A program made the position numbers and the translations under genes. From assembly GCA_963770895.1 (NCBI GenBank), contig CAVYRF010000002.1, positions 4,800,001 to 4,864,000 of the forward strand: a DNA stretch of 64,000 nucleotides. Direction: 5' to 3'. Of this stretch, positions 51,196 through 61,635 are shown in pieces (the stretch's first letter is position 1; each line of letters opens with the position of its first letter). The notes beneath the pieces were generated by a model that saw only the letters and a program-made list of their open reading frames with translations, was not told where the DNA came from and did no database searches. The stretch is from an uncultured Acidobacteriota bacterium (GTDB lineage Bacteria; Acidobacteriota; Thermoanaerobaculia; Multivoradales; UBA5704).

Positions 51196-53511
51196 CTAAG
51201 GGTCGGTGCTGACGGGCACCTGGCGGGTGATGGGGGGGAGGCAGCGCCGGTCGTCGCAGAGCTGGTAGGTGAGCTCCAGGTGTGCGGTGGCGGGTGGTGC
51301 GGCATCTGGGTGCGGGCGCAGCTGGCCGGTGATCTCGACGTGGCCGGTGTAGAGGGCGAGGGGTTGGGCGCCGAAGGGGGTCTGGCGGGGGGCGCCGGCT
51401 GGATAGACCACCTGCTGGAGCTGGGCGCCGGTGGCTGCCAGGGTGGTGGCCATCAGGTAGGGCTCGGTGGCCGGGTTTGCCTGGACGTGCCAGCCGGGGG
51501 CGATGTCGAGCGCCAGCTGGAAGGGGCGCCAGGCGGGCTGGCCTTCGCTGGATGCGGTTGCTGCGGCTGCGGGGGCGATGGCGAGCGACAGGCGGACGTG
51601 CTGCTCGCTTTCGTGCTGCAGCATGTCGATCGAGCCGCCGGTGGCTTCGCGCTGGTGGGCGGCTTCCTGGCGTGCCGGGGGGCCGCCGTGGAAGCGGCGG
51701 GCGGCGACGGCGAGCATGCGGACGGCTTCGGGGTGCTGCTCGGCCAGCATGCCGAAGGCGCACAGGGCGGCGTGGGCACGGTCGCGCCAGGGGGTGGCGT
51801 CGGCTCCTGCGGGGCGGCGCGCGGCCAGGGTGACGAAGTTGAGGATGCCGACGGCGTTGGCGGCGGGCAGGGCGCCGTCGAAGGGGTCCTTGCTGCGGAA
51901 CAGCAGGTCGGGGCTGGCGGCGGCGACGAACCAGCCGCCGGCGGCCGGGTCGGCCAGACGCGCTTCCTGCTCGCCGGCCAGGTCGGCCGCGGCGTCCAGC
52001 CAGCGGGCGGCGCCGGTCGCGCGGTGGAGGGCGAGCAGGCCGCGCACCAGGAAGACGTAGTCCGCCAGGTAGGCGGGGATGCGGGCACGGCCCTGGCGCC
52101 AGACGTGGAGCAGCGGGCCGCCCGGCGGCCGCATGGCGCGCAGCACGAAGTCGGCGGCTCGTTCCGCCTGGGCGACGATGGCCGGCTCTTGCAGCAGCCG
52201 CCCCGCCGTGGCCAGGCCGGCGATGGCGATGCCGTTCCAATCGGCCAGGATCTTGTCGTCGGTGGCGGGCCTTGGGCGCTGGCCGCGCACGGCCAGGCAG
52301 CGCTGGCGCAGGGCGGCGACCTCGGCGATCAGCTCTTCGGGCGGCAGGCGGCGGCGGCTGGCGGTCTGGTCCCAGCGCTCGGGCTGGTGCAGGACGTAGG
52401 CGTCTTCCTCGAAAAAGGGCGGGCCTTCGTAGCCCAGGAGCGGCGCCGCGAAGGCGGCGTCTTCTTCGCCCAGGGCGGCGTCGAGCTGGGGGCGGGTCCA
52501 GACGTAGCAGGCGCCTTCGTGGCCGCCGGTTTCGGCGTCGATGGCGCTCCACAGGCCGCCTTCGGGCGCGGTCATTTCGCGCTCCAGGAAGGCGGCGGTT
52601 TCGCGGGCGACGCGGGCTGCCTGGAGGTCGCCGGTGCGGGCGTGCTCGCGGGCGTAGAGCTCGAGCAGGAAGCCGTTGTCGTAGAGCATCTTTTCGAAGT
52701 GCGGCACCTTCCATTCGCGGTCGGTGGCGTAGCGGTGGAAGCCGCCGCCCAGCTGGTCGTAGATGCCGCCGCGCGCCATGGCGTCCAGGGTTGCCGCCAG
52801 CATGTCGCCGGCGTCCTGCCGCTCGCTGGCCATTTCCAGCAGCAGCAGGAGATTGGCCGGGGTGGGGAACTTGGGGGCGCCGCCGAAGCCGCCCCAGGTG
52901 TGGTCGAAGCGGCGCGCCAGCGAATCGACGGCGCGCCAGGCGCTGCCCGCGCCGGGCGGCTCGGTCGCCGGCTGGACGCGATCTTCGAGGAAGCGGCTCA
53001 TCGCCTGCGCCACCTCCTGGGCCTGCTCTTCGACTTCGGCGCGGCGCTCCGTCCAGGCGTCGGCCAGGTCGGTGAGGACGTTGGCGAAGCCAGGGCGGCC
53101 GTGGCGGTCGTCGGGCGGAAAATAGGTGCCGGCAAAGAAGGGCTTGAGGTCGGGGGTGAGGAACAGCGAATTGGGCCAGCCGCCCTGTCCGGTGAGGATC
53201 TGGGTGGCGGTCATGTAGATTTCGTCCAGGTCCGGCCGCTCTTCGCGATCGAGCTTGATGTTGACGAATTGGCGGTTCATCGCCGCGGCGACGCGCGCAT
53301 CGGAGAACGATTCGCGCTCCATCACGTGGCACCAGTAGCAGGTGGAGTAGCCGACCGACAGAAAGATCGGCCGGTCTTCGCGGCGCGCGCGCTCCAGGGC
53401 TTCTTCGCCCCAGGGGTACCAGTCGACCGGGTTGTGCTGGTGCAGCAACAGGTAGGGGCTGCTCTCGCCAGCAAGGCGGTTGGTGCCGCCCTGCGCATTG
53501 TGCTCGCTCAT
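51196..53511 (-). CDS. YyaL/DUF255 thioredoxin-domain protein with C-terminal DsbD-N-like domain
   Basis: [43 protein letters not shown]; C-terminal IAPGWHV...[12 protein letters not shown]. Confidence 0.92.
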   Translation of the reverse strand: MSEHNAQGGTNRLAGESSPYLLLHQHNPVDWYPWGEEALERARREDRPIFLSVGYSTCYWCHVMERESFSDARVAAAMNRQFVNIKLDREERPDLDEIYMTATQILTGQGGWPNSLFLTPDLKPFFAGTYFPPDDRHGRPGFANVLTDLADAWTERRAEVEEQAQEVAQAMSRFLEDRVQPATEPPGAGSAWRAVDSLARRFDHTWGGFGGAPKFPTPANLLLLLEMASERQDAGDMLAATLDAMARGGIYDQLGGGFHRYATDREWKVPHFEKMLYDNGFLLELYAREHARTGDLQAARVARETAAFLEREMTAPEGGLWSAIDAETGGHEGACYVWTRPQLDAALGEEDAAFAAPLLGYEGPPFFEEDAYVLHQPERWDQTASRRRLPPEELIAEVAALRQRCLAVRGQRPRPATDDKILADWNGIAIAGLATAGRLLQEPAIVAQAERAADFVLRAMRPPGGPLLHVWRQGRARIPAYLADYVFLVRGLLALHRATGAARWLDAAADLAGEQEARLADPAAGGWFVAAASPDLLFRSKDPFDGALPAANAVGILNFVTLAARRPAGADATPWRDRAHAALCAFGMLAEQHPEAVRMLAVAARRFHGGPPARQEAAHQREATGGSIDMLQHESEQHVRLSLAIAPAAAATASSEGQPAWRPFQLALDIAPGWHVQANPATEPYLMATTLAATGAQLQQVVYPAGAPRQTPFGAQPLALYTGHVEITGQLRPHPDAAPPATAHLELTYQLCDDRRCLPPITRQVPVSTDP

Positions 53512-53709
53512 CGCGCCGCTCCTTGCCCGCCGTCCCCGTCGCCTCCGGGCGCGGCGACAACGGGCCGCGCGCAGTCTATCAGCCGCGATCCGCGCGCCGA
53601 TCGCCGTCGATCTGCATCACCGCCATCACCGCGCGCGGACCGCGCCGGGCGCGGCGGCCTCGGCGCGCGGCAGGTGCGACAGCCGGTGGTGTACTATTAA
53701 AGAGGCGCC

Positions 53710-55161
53710 ATGGACCGGTTTGCGCAGCACCCACCCCTTCCATTACGGCGGCGTCTCGCCCTGAGCCTTTGCGTCGTCGGGTTGCTGGCGGTGCTGCCGG
53801 CCTTCGCCGCGGCGCGGGCAGCGGCGCCGGTGCCGGCGCTTCCGCCGCATCCGGCGCTCGCTCCGCTCCCTCCCACCGCCGCGAGCGCCGCGCCGGCGCC
53901 GCGGGTCGTCGTGGTGCGGCTGGACACGTTCATTCAACCGGTGGCGGCGGCGGTCTTGCGATCGGCGATTGCGCGCGCGGATCGCGAGCGCGCGGCGGCG
54001 GTGGTGGTGGAGCTGGATACGCCGGGCGGCTTGATGACGACGATGCACCAGATGACCGAAGACATCCTGGCGGCGCGGACGCCGGTGGTGGTGTACGTGG
54101 CGCCCAGCGGCGCGCGGGCGGCTTCGGCGGGGTTCTTCCTGCTGATGGCGGCGGACGTGGCGGCGATGGCTCCGGGCACCAACACGGGCGCGGCGCATCC
54201 GGTGGGCGCGGGCGGCCAGACGATCGCGGGCACGGAAGGCGACAAGGTCGAGCAGGACGCCGCCGCAGCGATCCGCTCGCTGGCGGCGCGCAACGGTCGC
54301 GACGTGGGGCTGGCCGAATCGGCGGTGGCGGCCAGCCGCTCGTGGAGCGCCGGCGAGGCGCTGGCGGCGCGGCTGGTGGACGTGCTGGCGCCGGACGTGC
54401 CCGACCTGCTGCGGCAGCTGGACGGCAGGAGCGTCCACAAGCAGGGGGGCGTGCAGGTGCTGCACACCGCGGGCGCGACGGTGATCGCGGTGGCGATGAC
54501 GCCGGGCCAGCAGGTGCTGGCGGCGGTGGCGCACCCCGAGCTGGCGTACATGCTGCTGATGCTGGGCGGCGTCGGCCTGTTCTTTGAGATCACGCATCCC
54601 GGCACGCTGCTGCCGGGCGTGGTCGGCGCCGTGGCGCTGGCGCTGGCGTTTTTCGGTCTGTCGCTGCTGGCGGCAAGCTATGCGGGCGCGGCGCTGATCC
54701 TGTTGGGGATCGGCCTGTTCGTGGTCGAGCTGAAGGCGGGCGGCCACGGCGCGTTCGCGCTGTCGGGGGCGGCGGCGCTGGTCACCGGGTCGGTGCTGCT
54801 GTGGAGCGGCCCCGAATCGGGGCTGTGGCTGCCGACCGGATGGATCGTGCTGGGCACCCTGCTGACCTTGGCGGCGGTCGGCGCGGCGCTGGTGGCGGCG
54901 CGGCGGGCGCGCCGGCGGCCGGTGCGCACCGGCGCCGAAGGGCTGGTGGCCGAGCGGGGCGTGGCGCGCTCCGACCTGCGCCCGACCGGCAAGGTGTTCG
55001 TGCATGGTGAGATCTGGGACGCCGCGGCGGAGCAGCCGGTGGCGTGCGGCGAAGTGATCGAGGTGGTGGCGGTCCGCGGCATGACGCTGGCGGTCCGGCC
55101 GCTGCCGGTGGCGGTGGCAGGCACGGAGCCTGGCGGAGCGCGGCCGGCATGGAGGACCTGA
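53710..55161 (+). CDS. nfeD: NfeD-family membrane-bound serine protease
   Basis: [23 protein letters not shown] block, [12 protein letters not shown] domain. Confidence 0.92.
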   Translation: MDRFAQHPPLPLRRRLALSLCVVGLLAVLPAFAAARAAAPVPALPPHPALAPLPPTAASAAPAPRVVVVRLDTFIQPVAAAVLRSAIARADRERAAAVVVELDTPGGLMTTMHQMTEDILAARTPVVVYVAPSGARAASAGFFLLMAADVAAMAPGTNTGAAHPVGAGGQTIAGTEGDKVEQDAAAAIRSLAARNGRDVGLAESAVAASRSWSAGEALAARLVDVLAPDVPDLLRQLDGRSVHKQGGVQVLHTAGATVIAVAMTPGQQVLAAVAHPELAYMLLMLGGVGLFFEITHPGTLLPGVVGAVALALAFFGLSLLAASYAGAALILLGIGLFVVELKAGGHGAFALSGAAALVTGSVLLWSGPESGLWLPTGWIVLGTLLTLAAVGAALVAARRARRRPVRTGAEGLVAERGVARSDLRPTGKVFVHGEIWDAAAEQPVACGEVIEVVAVRGMTLAVRPLPVAVAGTEPGGARPAWRT

Positions 55162-55162
55162 C

Positions 55163-55936
55163 ATGGGAGCGGAGATGCCGATGATCCCGTTTGGCTTCAT
55201 TTTCCTGGTGGTGGTAGGCATCTTTCTGCTCTCCCGCTGGGTCAACGTGCTGCAGGAGTGGGAGCGCGCCGTGACGTTCTTCCTGGGGCGCGCCTCGCAG
55301 CACCCGCGCGGCCCCGGCGTGGTGTTCATCTACTGGCCCTTCGAGCGCATGGTGCGGGTGGATCTGCGCACCCTGGTCCTGGAGGTGCCGCCGCAGGACG
55401 TCATCACCCGCGACAACGTATCCATGAGAGTGAGCGCCGTCGTCTACTTCCGGGTGGTCAACCCGGTGCGGTCGGTGATCGAGGTGGGCAACTACCTGGA
55501 TGCCACCCGCCAGCTGGCGCAGACCACCCTGCGTTCGGTCCTGGGCCAGGCCGACCTGGACGAGCTGCTGTCGTCGCGCGATCGGCAGAACGCCCGCCTG
55601 CAGGAGATCATCGACGCCCACACCGATCCCTGGGGGGTGAAGGTGGCGATGGTCGAGGTCAAGCAGGTGGACCTGCCGCAGGAGATGCAGCGCGCCATGG
55701 CCCGCCAGGCGGAAGCGGAGCGCGAAAAGCGCGCTAAGATCATCCATGCGGCCGGCGAGCTGGAGGCGTCGACCAAGCTGAGCGAAGCTGCCGACGTGAT
55801 GGCGAAGAACCCGGTGACCCTGCAGCTGCGCTACCTGCAGACCCTGACCGAGATCTCGGCGGAGAAGAACTCGACCATTCTCTTCCCAGTGCCGATCGAG
55901 ATGATGAAAAGCTTCCTGGGGCATCATTCCGAATGA
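55163..55936 (+). CDS. SPFH/stomatin-like (slipin) protein
   Basis: [43 protein letters not shown]. Confidence 0.95.
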   Translation: MGAEMPMIPFGFIFLVVVGIFLLSRWVNVLQEWERAVTFFLGRASQHPRGPGVVFIYWPFERMVRVDLRTLVLEVPPQDVITRDNVSMRVSAVVYFRVVNPVRSVIEVGNYLDATRQLAQTTLRSVLGQADLDELLSSRDRQNARLQEIIDAHTDPWGVKVAMVEVKQVDLPQEMQRAMARQAEAEREKRAKIIHAAGELEASTKLSEAADVMAKNPVTLQLRYLQTLTEISAEKNSTILFPVPIEMMKSFLGHHSE

Positions 55937-56973
55937 CGACAGACATCGAACGCGGCGGCCTCGACGTGGGCGGAGCCCACGAGCCCAGCTACTACGAGAT
56001 TGCGCTCACCAACCGCCAGGTGATGGTGGCCTTCGTGGTGCTGCTCGTCTGCGTGGTGGCGGCCTTCCTGGCGGGCGTCTGGCTCGGCCGCGAAAGCGCC
56101 GTGCGCGCTCAGGAAAAGCTCACCCTGCTGACGCGCGGCGCGGCCGCCGGCGTGCCGGGCTCCGACGCCGGCTCCGACAAGGAAAAGCCGGAAGGGCAGG
56201 CGCTGCAGGAATTCAAGTTCTTCGCCGATTCCCGCCACCGGTCGGCCGAAGCGGGCGCCTCGCCCACGTCGCGCAACGGTGGCAATGGCGGTAACGCGGG
56301 CAACGGCGGCACCGCCGGAAACACCGCGGCGGCAAACGGTGACGACTCCGCGGCGCTGGCTGCGGGCGGCGCCGGTGACGACGGCAACGCCGTCACCCCC
56401 GGCGCCAACCGGGCCGCGCCGGCGCCCGCCAAGGCCGGCGCCGGCCGCGCCCCCGGCGCCGCGGCCTTCCCGCCGTCGTCCGCGTCGCCCCCGGCGAACA
56501 ACGTCGCCGCCCCCGCCGGGCGTCCCGGCCAGGCGGGGCGCTCCGGCTCCGCCTCCGCCGCCAGTCCGGCCGCGGCGCAAAAGACCGCCAAGGCCGCGCC
56601 TGCCGCGGCGCCGGCCGGCGAAGGTGAAACGCAGTCCGCCGCGGCCGACAACGGCGGCGACGTGGTGCGGCCCCGCCAGCTGCCCGACGGCGGTGGCCGC
56701 GCCGCCGCGTCCCCCGCAGGCGGCAGTGACAAGGCGGCGGGCGGCGAGGTGGTGATCCAGGTCTTCTCGTCGGCCGACAAGGAGCAGGCGGACCGGGTGA
56801 AGGACGGCCTGGTGGAACACGGCTTTGCCGCCTTCCTGTCGCCGATCGACAAGGACGGGCAGACCATGTACCGGGTGCGCATCGGGCCGTTCGCCAATCG
56901 CGCCGCCGCCGAGCCGGTGGCGGACAAGGTGCGCAAAGAGCAGAAGCTGGACACCTGGATCACGCCCAAGTGA
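55933..56973 (+). CDS. SPOR domain protein (DedD/FtsN-like)
   Basis: TM, long low-complexity linker, VIQVFSS...YRVRIGPF. Confidence 0.88.
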   Translation: MTTDIERGGLDVGGAHEPSYYEIALTNRQVMVAFVVLLVCVVAAFLAGVWLGRESAVRAQEKLTLLTRGAAAGVPGSDAGSDKEKPEGQALQEFKFFADSRHRSAEAGASPTSRNGGNGGNAGNGGTAGNTAAANGDDSAALAAGGAGDDGNAVTPGANRAAPAPAKAGAGRAPGAAAFPPSSASPPANNVAAPAGRPGQAGRSGSASAASPAAAQKTAKAAPAAAPAGEGETQSAAADNGGDVVRPRQLPDGGGRAAASPAGGSDKAAGGEVVIQVFSSADKEQADRVKDGLVEHGFAAFLSPIDKDGQTMYRVRIGPFANRAAAEPVADKVRKEQKLDTWITPK

Positions 56974-58541
56974 TCGCCGGCGATTCCGGCGGCGCACGCG
57001 GCCGCCGTCTTGCCTGGCTGGCCCTGGCCGCCGCGGGCGGTGTGGTGTGGGGGCTCTCCTTCCAGCGCACGCCCCTGGGTCTGGGAGCGTGGCTCACCCT
57101 GGTGCCGCTGCCGCTGCTGCTGGGCGCCCGCCGCGCCGGGTGGCTGGGCTTCGTGCACGGCCTGGCGGCCTGGGAGACGTCGCTCTACTGGATCGTGCCG
57201 ACGCTGACCCACTTCGGCAGCCTGTCGGTGCCGCTCGCCGTGCTGCTGGCCACTGTCCTGGCAGCGTTCCTGGCGCTGTTCCACGCCGTCTTCGGCTGGT
57301 TGGGCGCGCCGCTGTGGCGGCGCTGGCGGGCCGGCGGCGGCCTGGCGCCGCTGCTGCTCGGGCTGCCGGCGCTGTGGGTGGCGCTCGAGTGGCTGCGCAC
57401 CTACTTCATCGGCGGCTTCCCGTGGAACCTTTCGGCGTACGCCTGGATCTCGGTCCCCGGCGCGCTGCCGGTGTCGGCGCTCATCGGCGCCTACGGCGTC
57501 TCGTTCCTGGTGATGCTGATGGCGGTGGGCATCGCCGCCTGGGCGGTGCTGCTGGTCGAGCGCCGGCCGCGCGCCTGGGTGCCGCTGATCGCGGCGGTGG
57601 CCGCGCCGCTGATGCTGCTGCCGGCGGCCGCCCGCTGGAGCCTGCCGCGCGCCGCCGTCGAGCGGCTGCGCGCCGCCTATGGCGGGATCCCGGTGAGCCT
57701 GCTGCAGCCCAACGTCGCCGACCAGGTCGGCTTCGACGCGCGCCAGGCGCTGGCCGACTACCGCAAGGTCGCCGAGATGTCGTACGCCGCCTGCAAGCCG
57801 GGGGTGCTGGTGGTCTGGCCGGAGAGCGCCGGCTGGCCCTTGGAATACCACCGCGACGCCATGCTCGACCGCGACCTGGAAGCGATGGTGGGGCGCGGCT
57901 GCGGCGTGCTGTTCAATACCGACACCCCTGTCGGCGCCGGCTCCGAGCAGGCCTACAACTCCGCCATCCTGCTGGCCCCCGACGCGGCGCCCCAGCGCTA
58001 CGACAAGCGCCACCTGGTGCCCTTCGGCGAGTACGTGCCGTTCGAAAAGGTGCTGTTCTTCGCCAAGACGGTGGCGCGCAACGTCGGTCAGTTCAAGCCG
58101 GCGGAGCGCCTGACCCTGCTGCACTGGCGCGCCGAGGCGCTGGGGCCGGCGATCTGCTACGAAGTGGTGTTTCCCGAGGAGACCGCGGCGCTGACCCGCG
58201 CCGGGGCGTCGATGCTGGTCTCGGTGGTCAACGACGGCTGGTACGGCGACACCGCCGCCCCCTGGCAGCACCTGCGCGCCGCCCGCTTTCGCGCCGCCGA
58301 AAACCGCCGGCCGATGCTGCGCGCCGCCATCACCGGCGTGTCGGCGGTGATCGCGCCGGACGGCTCCGTCCTGGGCCAGCTGGAAGTCGGCCGCGAAGGG
58401 GTGCTGCGGGCGCAGGTGGCCGGCGAGCGCTGGCTCTCCCCCTACGCCCGCTGGCCCTGGCTGCCGCCGCTGGCCTGCACCCTGGGCGCCCTGTGGGCGG
58501 TGGTCGCGTCTCGCCGCTATACTTCCCGACCGAGGAGTTGA
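56970..58541 (+). CDS. lnt: apolipoprotein N-acyltransferase
   Basis: GGFPW, WPESA, KRHLVPFGEYVP, ICYEVVFP, NDGWYG. Confidence 0.95.
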   Translation: MIAGDSGGARGRRLAWLALAAAGGVVWGLSFQRTPLGLGAWLTLVPLPLLLGARRAGWLGFVHGLAAWETSLYWIVPTLTHFGSLSVPLAVLLATVLAAFLALFHAVFGWLGAPLWRRWRAGGGLAPLLLGLPALWVALEWLRTYFIGGFPWNLSAYAWISVPGALPVSALIGAYGVSFLVMLMAVGIAAWAVLLVERRPRAWVPLIAAVAAPLMLLPAAARWSLPRAAVERLRAAYGGIPVSLLQPNVADQVGFDARQALADYRKVAEMSYAACKPGVLVVWPESAGWPLEYHRDAMLDRDLEAMVGRGCGVLFNTDTPVGAGSEQAYNSAILLAPDAAPQRYDKRHLVPFGEYVPFEKVLFFAKTVARNVGQFKPAERLTLLHWRAEALGPAICYEVVFPEETAALTRAGASMLVSVVNDGWYGDTAAPWQHLRAARFRAAENRRPMLRAAITGVSAVIAPDGSVLGQLEVGREGVLRAQVAGERWLSPYARWPWLPPLACTLGALWAVVASRRYTSRPRS

Positions 58542-58546
58542 CCATC

Positions 58547-59687
58547 ATGCTCGCCAGCCCCGTCCAGCAGCGCATGGAGCGCCTTTCCGAACAGATCACC
58601 AACCTCCGGGGGTATCTTTGACGAGACCGGCCTGGAGCGCCGGCTGTCCGAGATCGACTCTCAGATGGAAGCGCCGGGCTTCTGGGACAGCCCGGCCGGT
58701 AACGCGCCGCTGCTGCGCGAGCGCCGCGACCTGGAGCGCCGCCTAGCGACCCTCAAGCGGCTGCGCGCCGACGCCGGCGAGCTGGCGGCCTGGGACGAGC
58801 TGCGCGCCGCCGACCGCGAGGCGGTCGAAAACGATCCCGACCTGGAGAGCTTCCTGGTGCGGGTGGCGACGGAGCTGGACCGGCTGGAGCTGGAGCTCAA
58901 GCTGTCCGGTCCCGACGACGACAAGAACGCCATCGTCGCCATCCATCCCGGCGCCGGCGGCACCGAATCGCAGGATTGGGCCGAGATGCTGCTGCGCATG
59001 TACCTGCGCTGGGCCGAGCGCGACGGCTTCGACGTCGAGATGCTGGATCGCCAGGAGGGCGACGAAGCGGGCCTCAAGAGCGCCACCTTCGCCGTGCGCG
59101 GCCCCAACGCCTACGGCTATCTGAGCGGCGAAGCCGGCGTGCACCGGCTGGTGCGCATCAGCCCCTTCGACTTCCAGGCGCGCCGCCACACTTCGTTTGC
59201 CTCGGTGGACGTCTATCCGGAAGTCGACGACACGGTGGTGATCGACATCGCCGACAAGGACCTGCGGGTGGATACCTTTCGCTCCTCCGGCGCCGGCGGC
59301 CAGCACGTCAACAAGACGGAATCGGCGGTGCGCCTGACCCACCTCCCGTCCGGCATCGTGGTGTCCTGCCAGAACGAGCGCAGCCAGATCAAGAACCGCG
59401 CCATGGCGATGAAGATCCTGCGCTCGCGGCTCTACGACCGCGAGATGCAGAAGCGCGCCGCCGAGCAGGCGGAGCGCGAAGGCAAGAAAAAAGACATCGG
59501 CTGGGGCAGCCAGATCCGCAGCTACGTGCTGCACCCCTACCGCATGGTCAAGGACCACCGCACCGGTGCGGAAGTGGGCGATGCCGACCGCGTGCTGGAC
59601 GGCGACCTGGACCCCTTCATCGAAGCCTGGCTCAAGGGCCAGATGGCCGCCGGGTCGCCGCAGGGCGACGGCGCCGATCTCCCCTGA
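58547..59687 (+). CDS. prfB: peptide chain release factor 2 with programmed +1 frameshift
   Basis: MLASPVQQRMERLSEQITNLRGYL then CTT-TGA-C (58616-58622) with internal SD GGGGG; the +1 frame has SPF, GGQ and WGSQIRSY. Confidence 0.96.
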
Positions 59688-59721
59688 CCGGGTGGCGGCC
59701 GACGTGGGCGTGGGCGAACCG

Positions 59722-61635
59722 GTGAGCAGCGCGACGGCGACGGCGGCGGCGGCAACAGCTGCGGCAGCGCCGGGCGGGCCGGGGCTGTCGCCTGGCCCGG
59801 CACTCCCGGCAGGTCGCGACGCGGCGGCGCGGTGGCCGCGGATCGACTTTGTGTCGCCGCTGCCGCCGGTGCGTTCGGGCATCTCCGACTACAGCGTCGA
59901 CCTGCTGCCGGGCCTGGCGGCGCTGGCCGACGTGCGGGTCATCCACCTGCCGGACCAGCCGGTGGCGCCGGAGGTCGCGGCGGCGTGGCCCAGCGCCGGC
60001 ATCGCCGCGGTGGGTATGGCGGAGGGTGGCGCCAGGCTGCCGCTCTACCAGATGGGCAACAACCGCTACCACGAGGCGGTCTACCAGCTGGCGCTGGCGC
60101 ACCCCGGCGTGTTGACGCTGCACGACGTGGTGCTGCACCACCTGCTGCTGGACGTGACGCTGGGGCGCGGCGACTTTTACGGTTACAAGGAGCGGCTGGG
60201 GCGCGACCACGGCTGGGTGGGCGAAGCCGCGGCGGTGGCCAAGCGCTGGGGCGCCTACGGCGACGCGCCGATCTTTGCGCTGCCGGCCCACCGCACGGTG
60301 CTGCGCCGCCAGCGCGGCGTGCTGGTGCACAGCTCCTGGGCCGCCGCCCTGGTGCGCGAAGAAGACCCGGACCTGCGGGTGCGGGCGGTGCCGATGGGGG
60401 TGCCGCTGCCGCCCGCCGCCGACCCGGCGGCGGGGCGCGCGCTGCGCCAGCGCCTGGGCCTGCCGGCGGGCGTGCCGGTGCTGGGCTCCTTCGGCTTCCA
60501 GACGCCGATCAAGCGCACCGTGCAGGCGATCGCGGCGCTGGCGGCGCCGGGGCTCGAGCGCGTGCACCTGCTGGTGGTGGGCGAAGAGGCGCCGGGCACC
60601 GGCCTGTGGGAAACCGCCCGCCGCGCCGGCGTCGCCGACCGCGTGCGCATCCTGGGTTACCTGCCGTTCGCGGAGTTTGCGGCGGCGATCGCCGCCACCG
60701 ACCTGTGCCTCAACCTGCGCTATCCGACCGCCGGCGAAACCTCGGCTTCGCTGCTGCGCGTGATGGCTGCCGGCCGCCCGGCCATCGTCTCCGACTACGC
60801 CCAATTCGCCGAGCTGCCCGACGCCATCGCCATCAAGGTGCCGCTCACCGCCGCCGCGGACGACGCCGCGGGGCTGGCGGCGCTGCTGGCCGCCCGCCTG
60901 GGCGGCCTGGGCGGCGGCGAAGGCGCCGGCGGCACGGCTGCCGCCGACGCCCGCGAGCGCCTGCGCGCCATGGGCGAGGCGGCGCGCGAGCACGTGCGCC
61001 GCCACCACGACCCGCGCCTGGCCGCCGCCGCCGTCGCCGCCGCCTGCCGCGACTGGGAGCACGCGCCGCCGGTCGAAGCGCCGGACTCCGCTGCCGCCAC
61101 CGCGACCGCGGCCGCCTCCGCCGACAGGGCGGTGGTGGAGAGTTGGTGGCGCGACAGCGCGCCGTCGTCATCGTCATCGTCATCGTCGCCGGCGCCGCCG
61201 CTCGAGCGCCCTTCCAGCGTGGCCTGGGGGCGGCTGCCGGGCGACATCGAAGTGTCGGGCGCCGAGCTGCCGTGGCCGGAGGGGGAGCGGCGGCGGCTGG
61301 CGGTCGTGGTGCGCAACCGCGGCTTCGCGCGGTGGCTGGCGGGCGGCCGCGGTCCCGGCGGCGTGGCGCTGGTGGTCAAGCTGATCGCGGCCGGCCGCGA
61401 CCTGCTGGCCGACCGTGCCTGGCTGCCGCTGCCGCGCGACCTGGAACCGGGGCAGGAGGCGCGCTTCGAGCTGGACGTGCGGCGGCCGCCGGGACCCGCC
61501 GCGCCGCCGTGGCCGGCGGGCGTGACGCGGCGGCCGATCTCGCCCGAGCACATCCGCTTATGGATCGAGCCCCACCTGTTTGGCGGCGTCGGCCTGTCGC
61601 AGCTGGGAGGCCCACGATGGGAACGGGACCTGTAG
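59722..61635 (+). CDS. GT4 glycosyltransferase with C-terminal Ig-like domain
   Basis: SPLPPVRSGISDYS, YQMGNN..H, LHDVVLHH, NLRYPTAGETS; C-terminal VRNRG..W...LPRDLEPG; start uncertain. Confidence 0.85.
   Translation: MSSATATAAAATAAAAPGGPGLSPGPALPAGRDAAARWPRIDFVSPLPPVRSGISDYSVDLLPGLAALADVRVIHLPDQPVAPEVAAAWPSAGIAAVGMAEGGARLPLYQMGNNRYHEAVYQLALAHPGVLTLHDVVLHHLLLDVTLGRGDFYGYKERLGRDHGWVGEAAAVAKRWGAYGDAPIFALPAHRTVLRRQRGVLVHSSWAAALVREEDPDLRVRAVPMGVPLPPAADPAAGRALRQRLGLPAGVPVLGSFGFQTPIKRTVQAIAALAAPGLERVHLLVVGEEAPGTGLWETARRAGVADRVRILGYLPFAEFAAAIAATDLCLNLRYPTAGETSASLLRVMAAGRPAIVSDYAQFAELPDAIAIKVPLTAAADDAAGLAALLAARLGGLGGGEGAGGTAAADARERLRAMGEAAREHVRRHHDPRLAAAAVAAACRDWEHAPPVEAPDSAAATATAAASADRAVVESWWRDSAPSSSSSSSSPAPPLERPSSVAWGRLPGDIEVSGAELPWPEGERRRLAVVVRNRGFARWLAGGRGPGGVALVVKLIAAGRDLLADRAWLPLPRDLEPGQEARFELDVRRPPGPAAPPWPAGVTRRPISPEHIRLWIEPHLFGGVGLSQLGGPRWERDL

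Noticed and set aside
51280-53700. 806-aa plus-strand ORF, and similar shadows at 28116-30989 and 60795-63566
   Set aside because: Antisense to well-supported genes
59832-61616. N-terminal ~595 aa of the 1262-aa ORF (apparent giant fusion)
   Set aside because: Arg/Pro/Ala-rich alternative frame overlapping the real GT4 gene; only the part from ~61617 looks like protein
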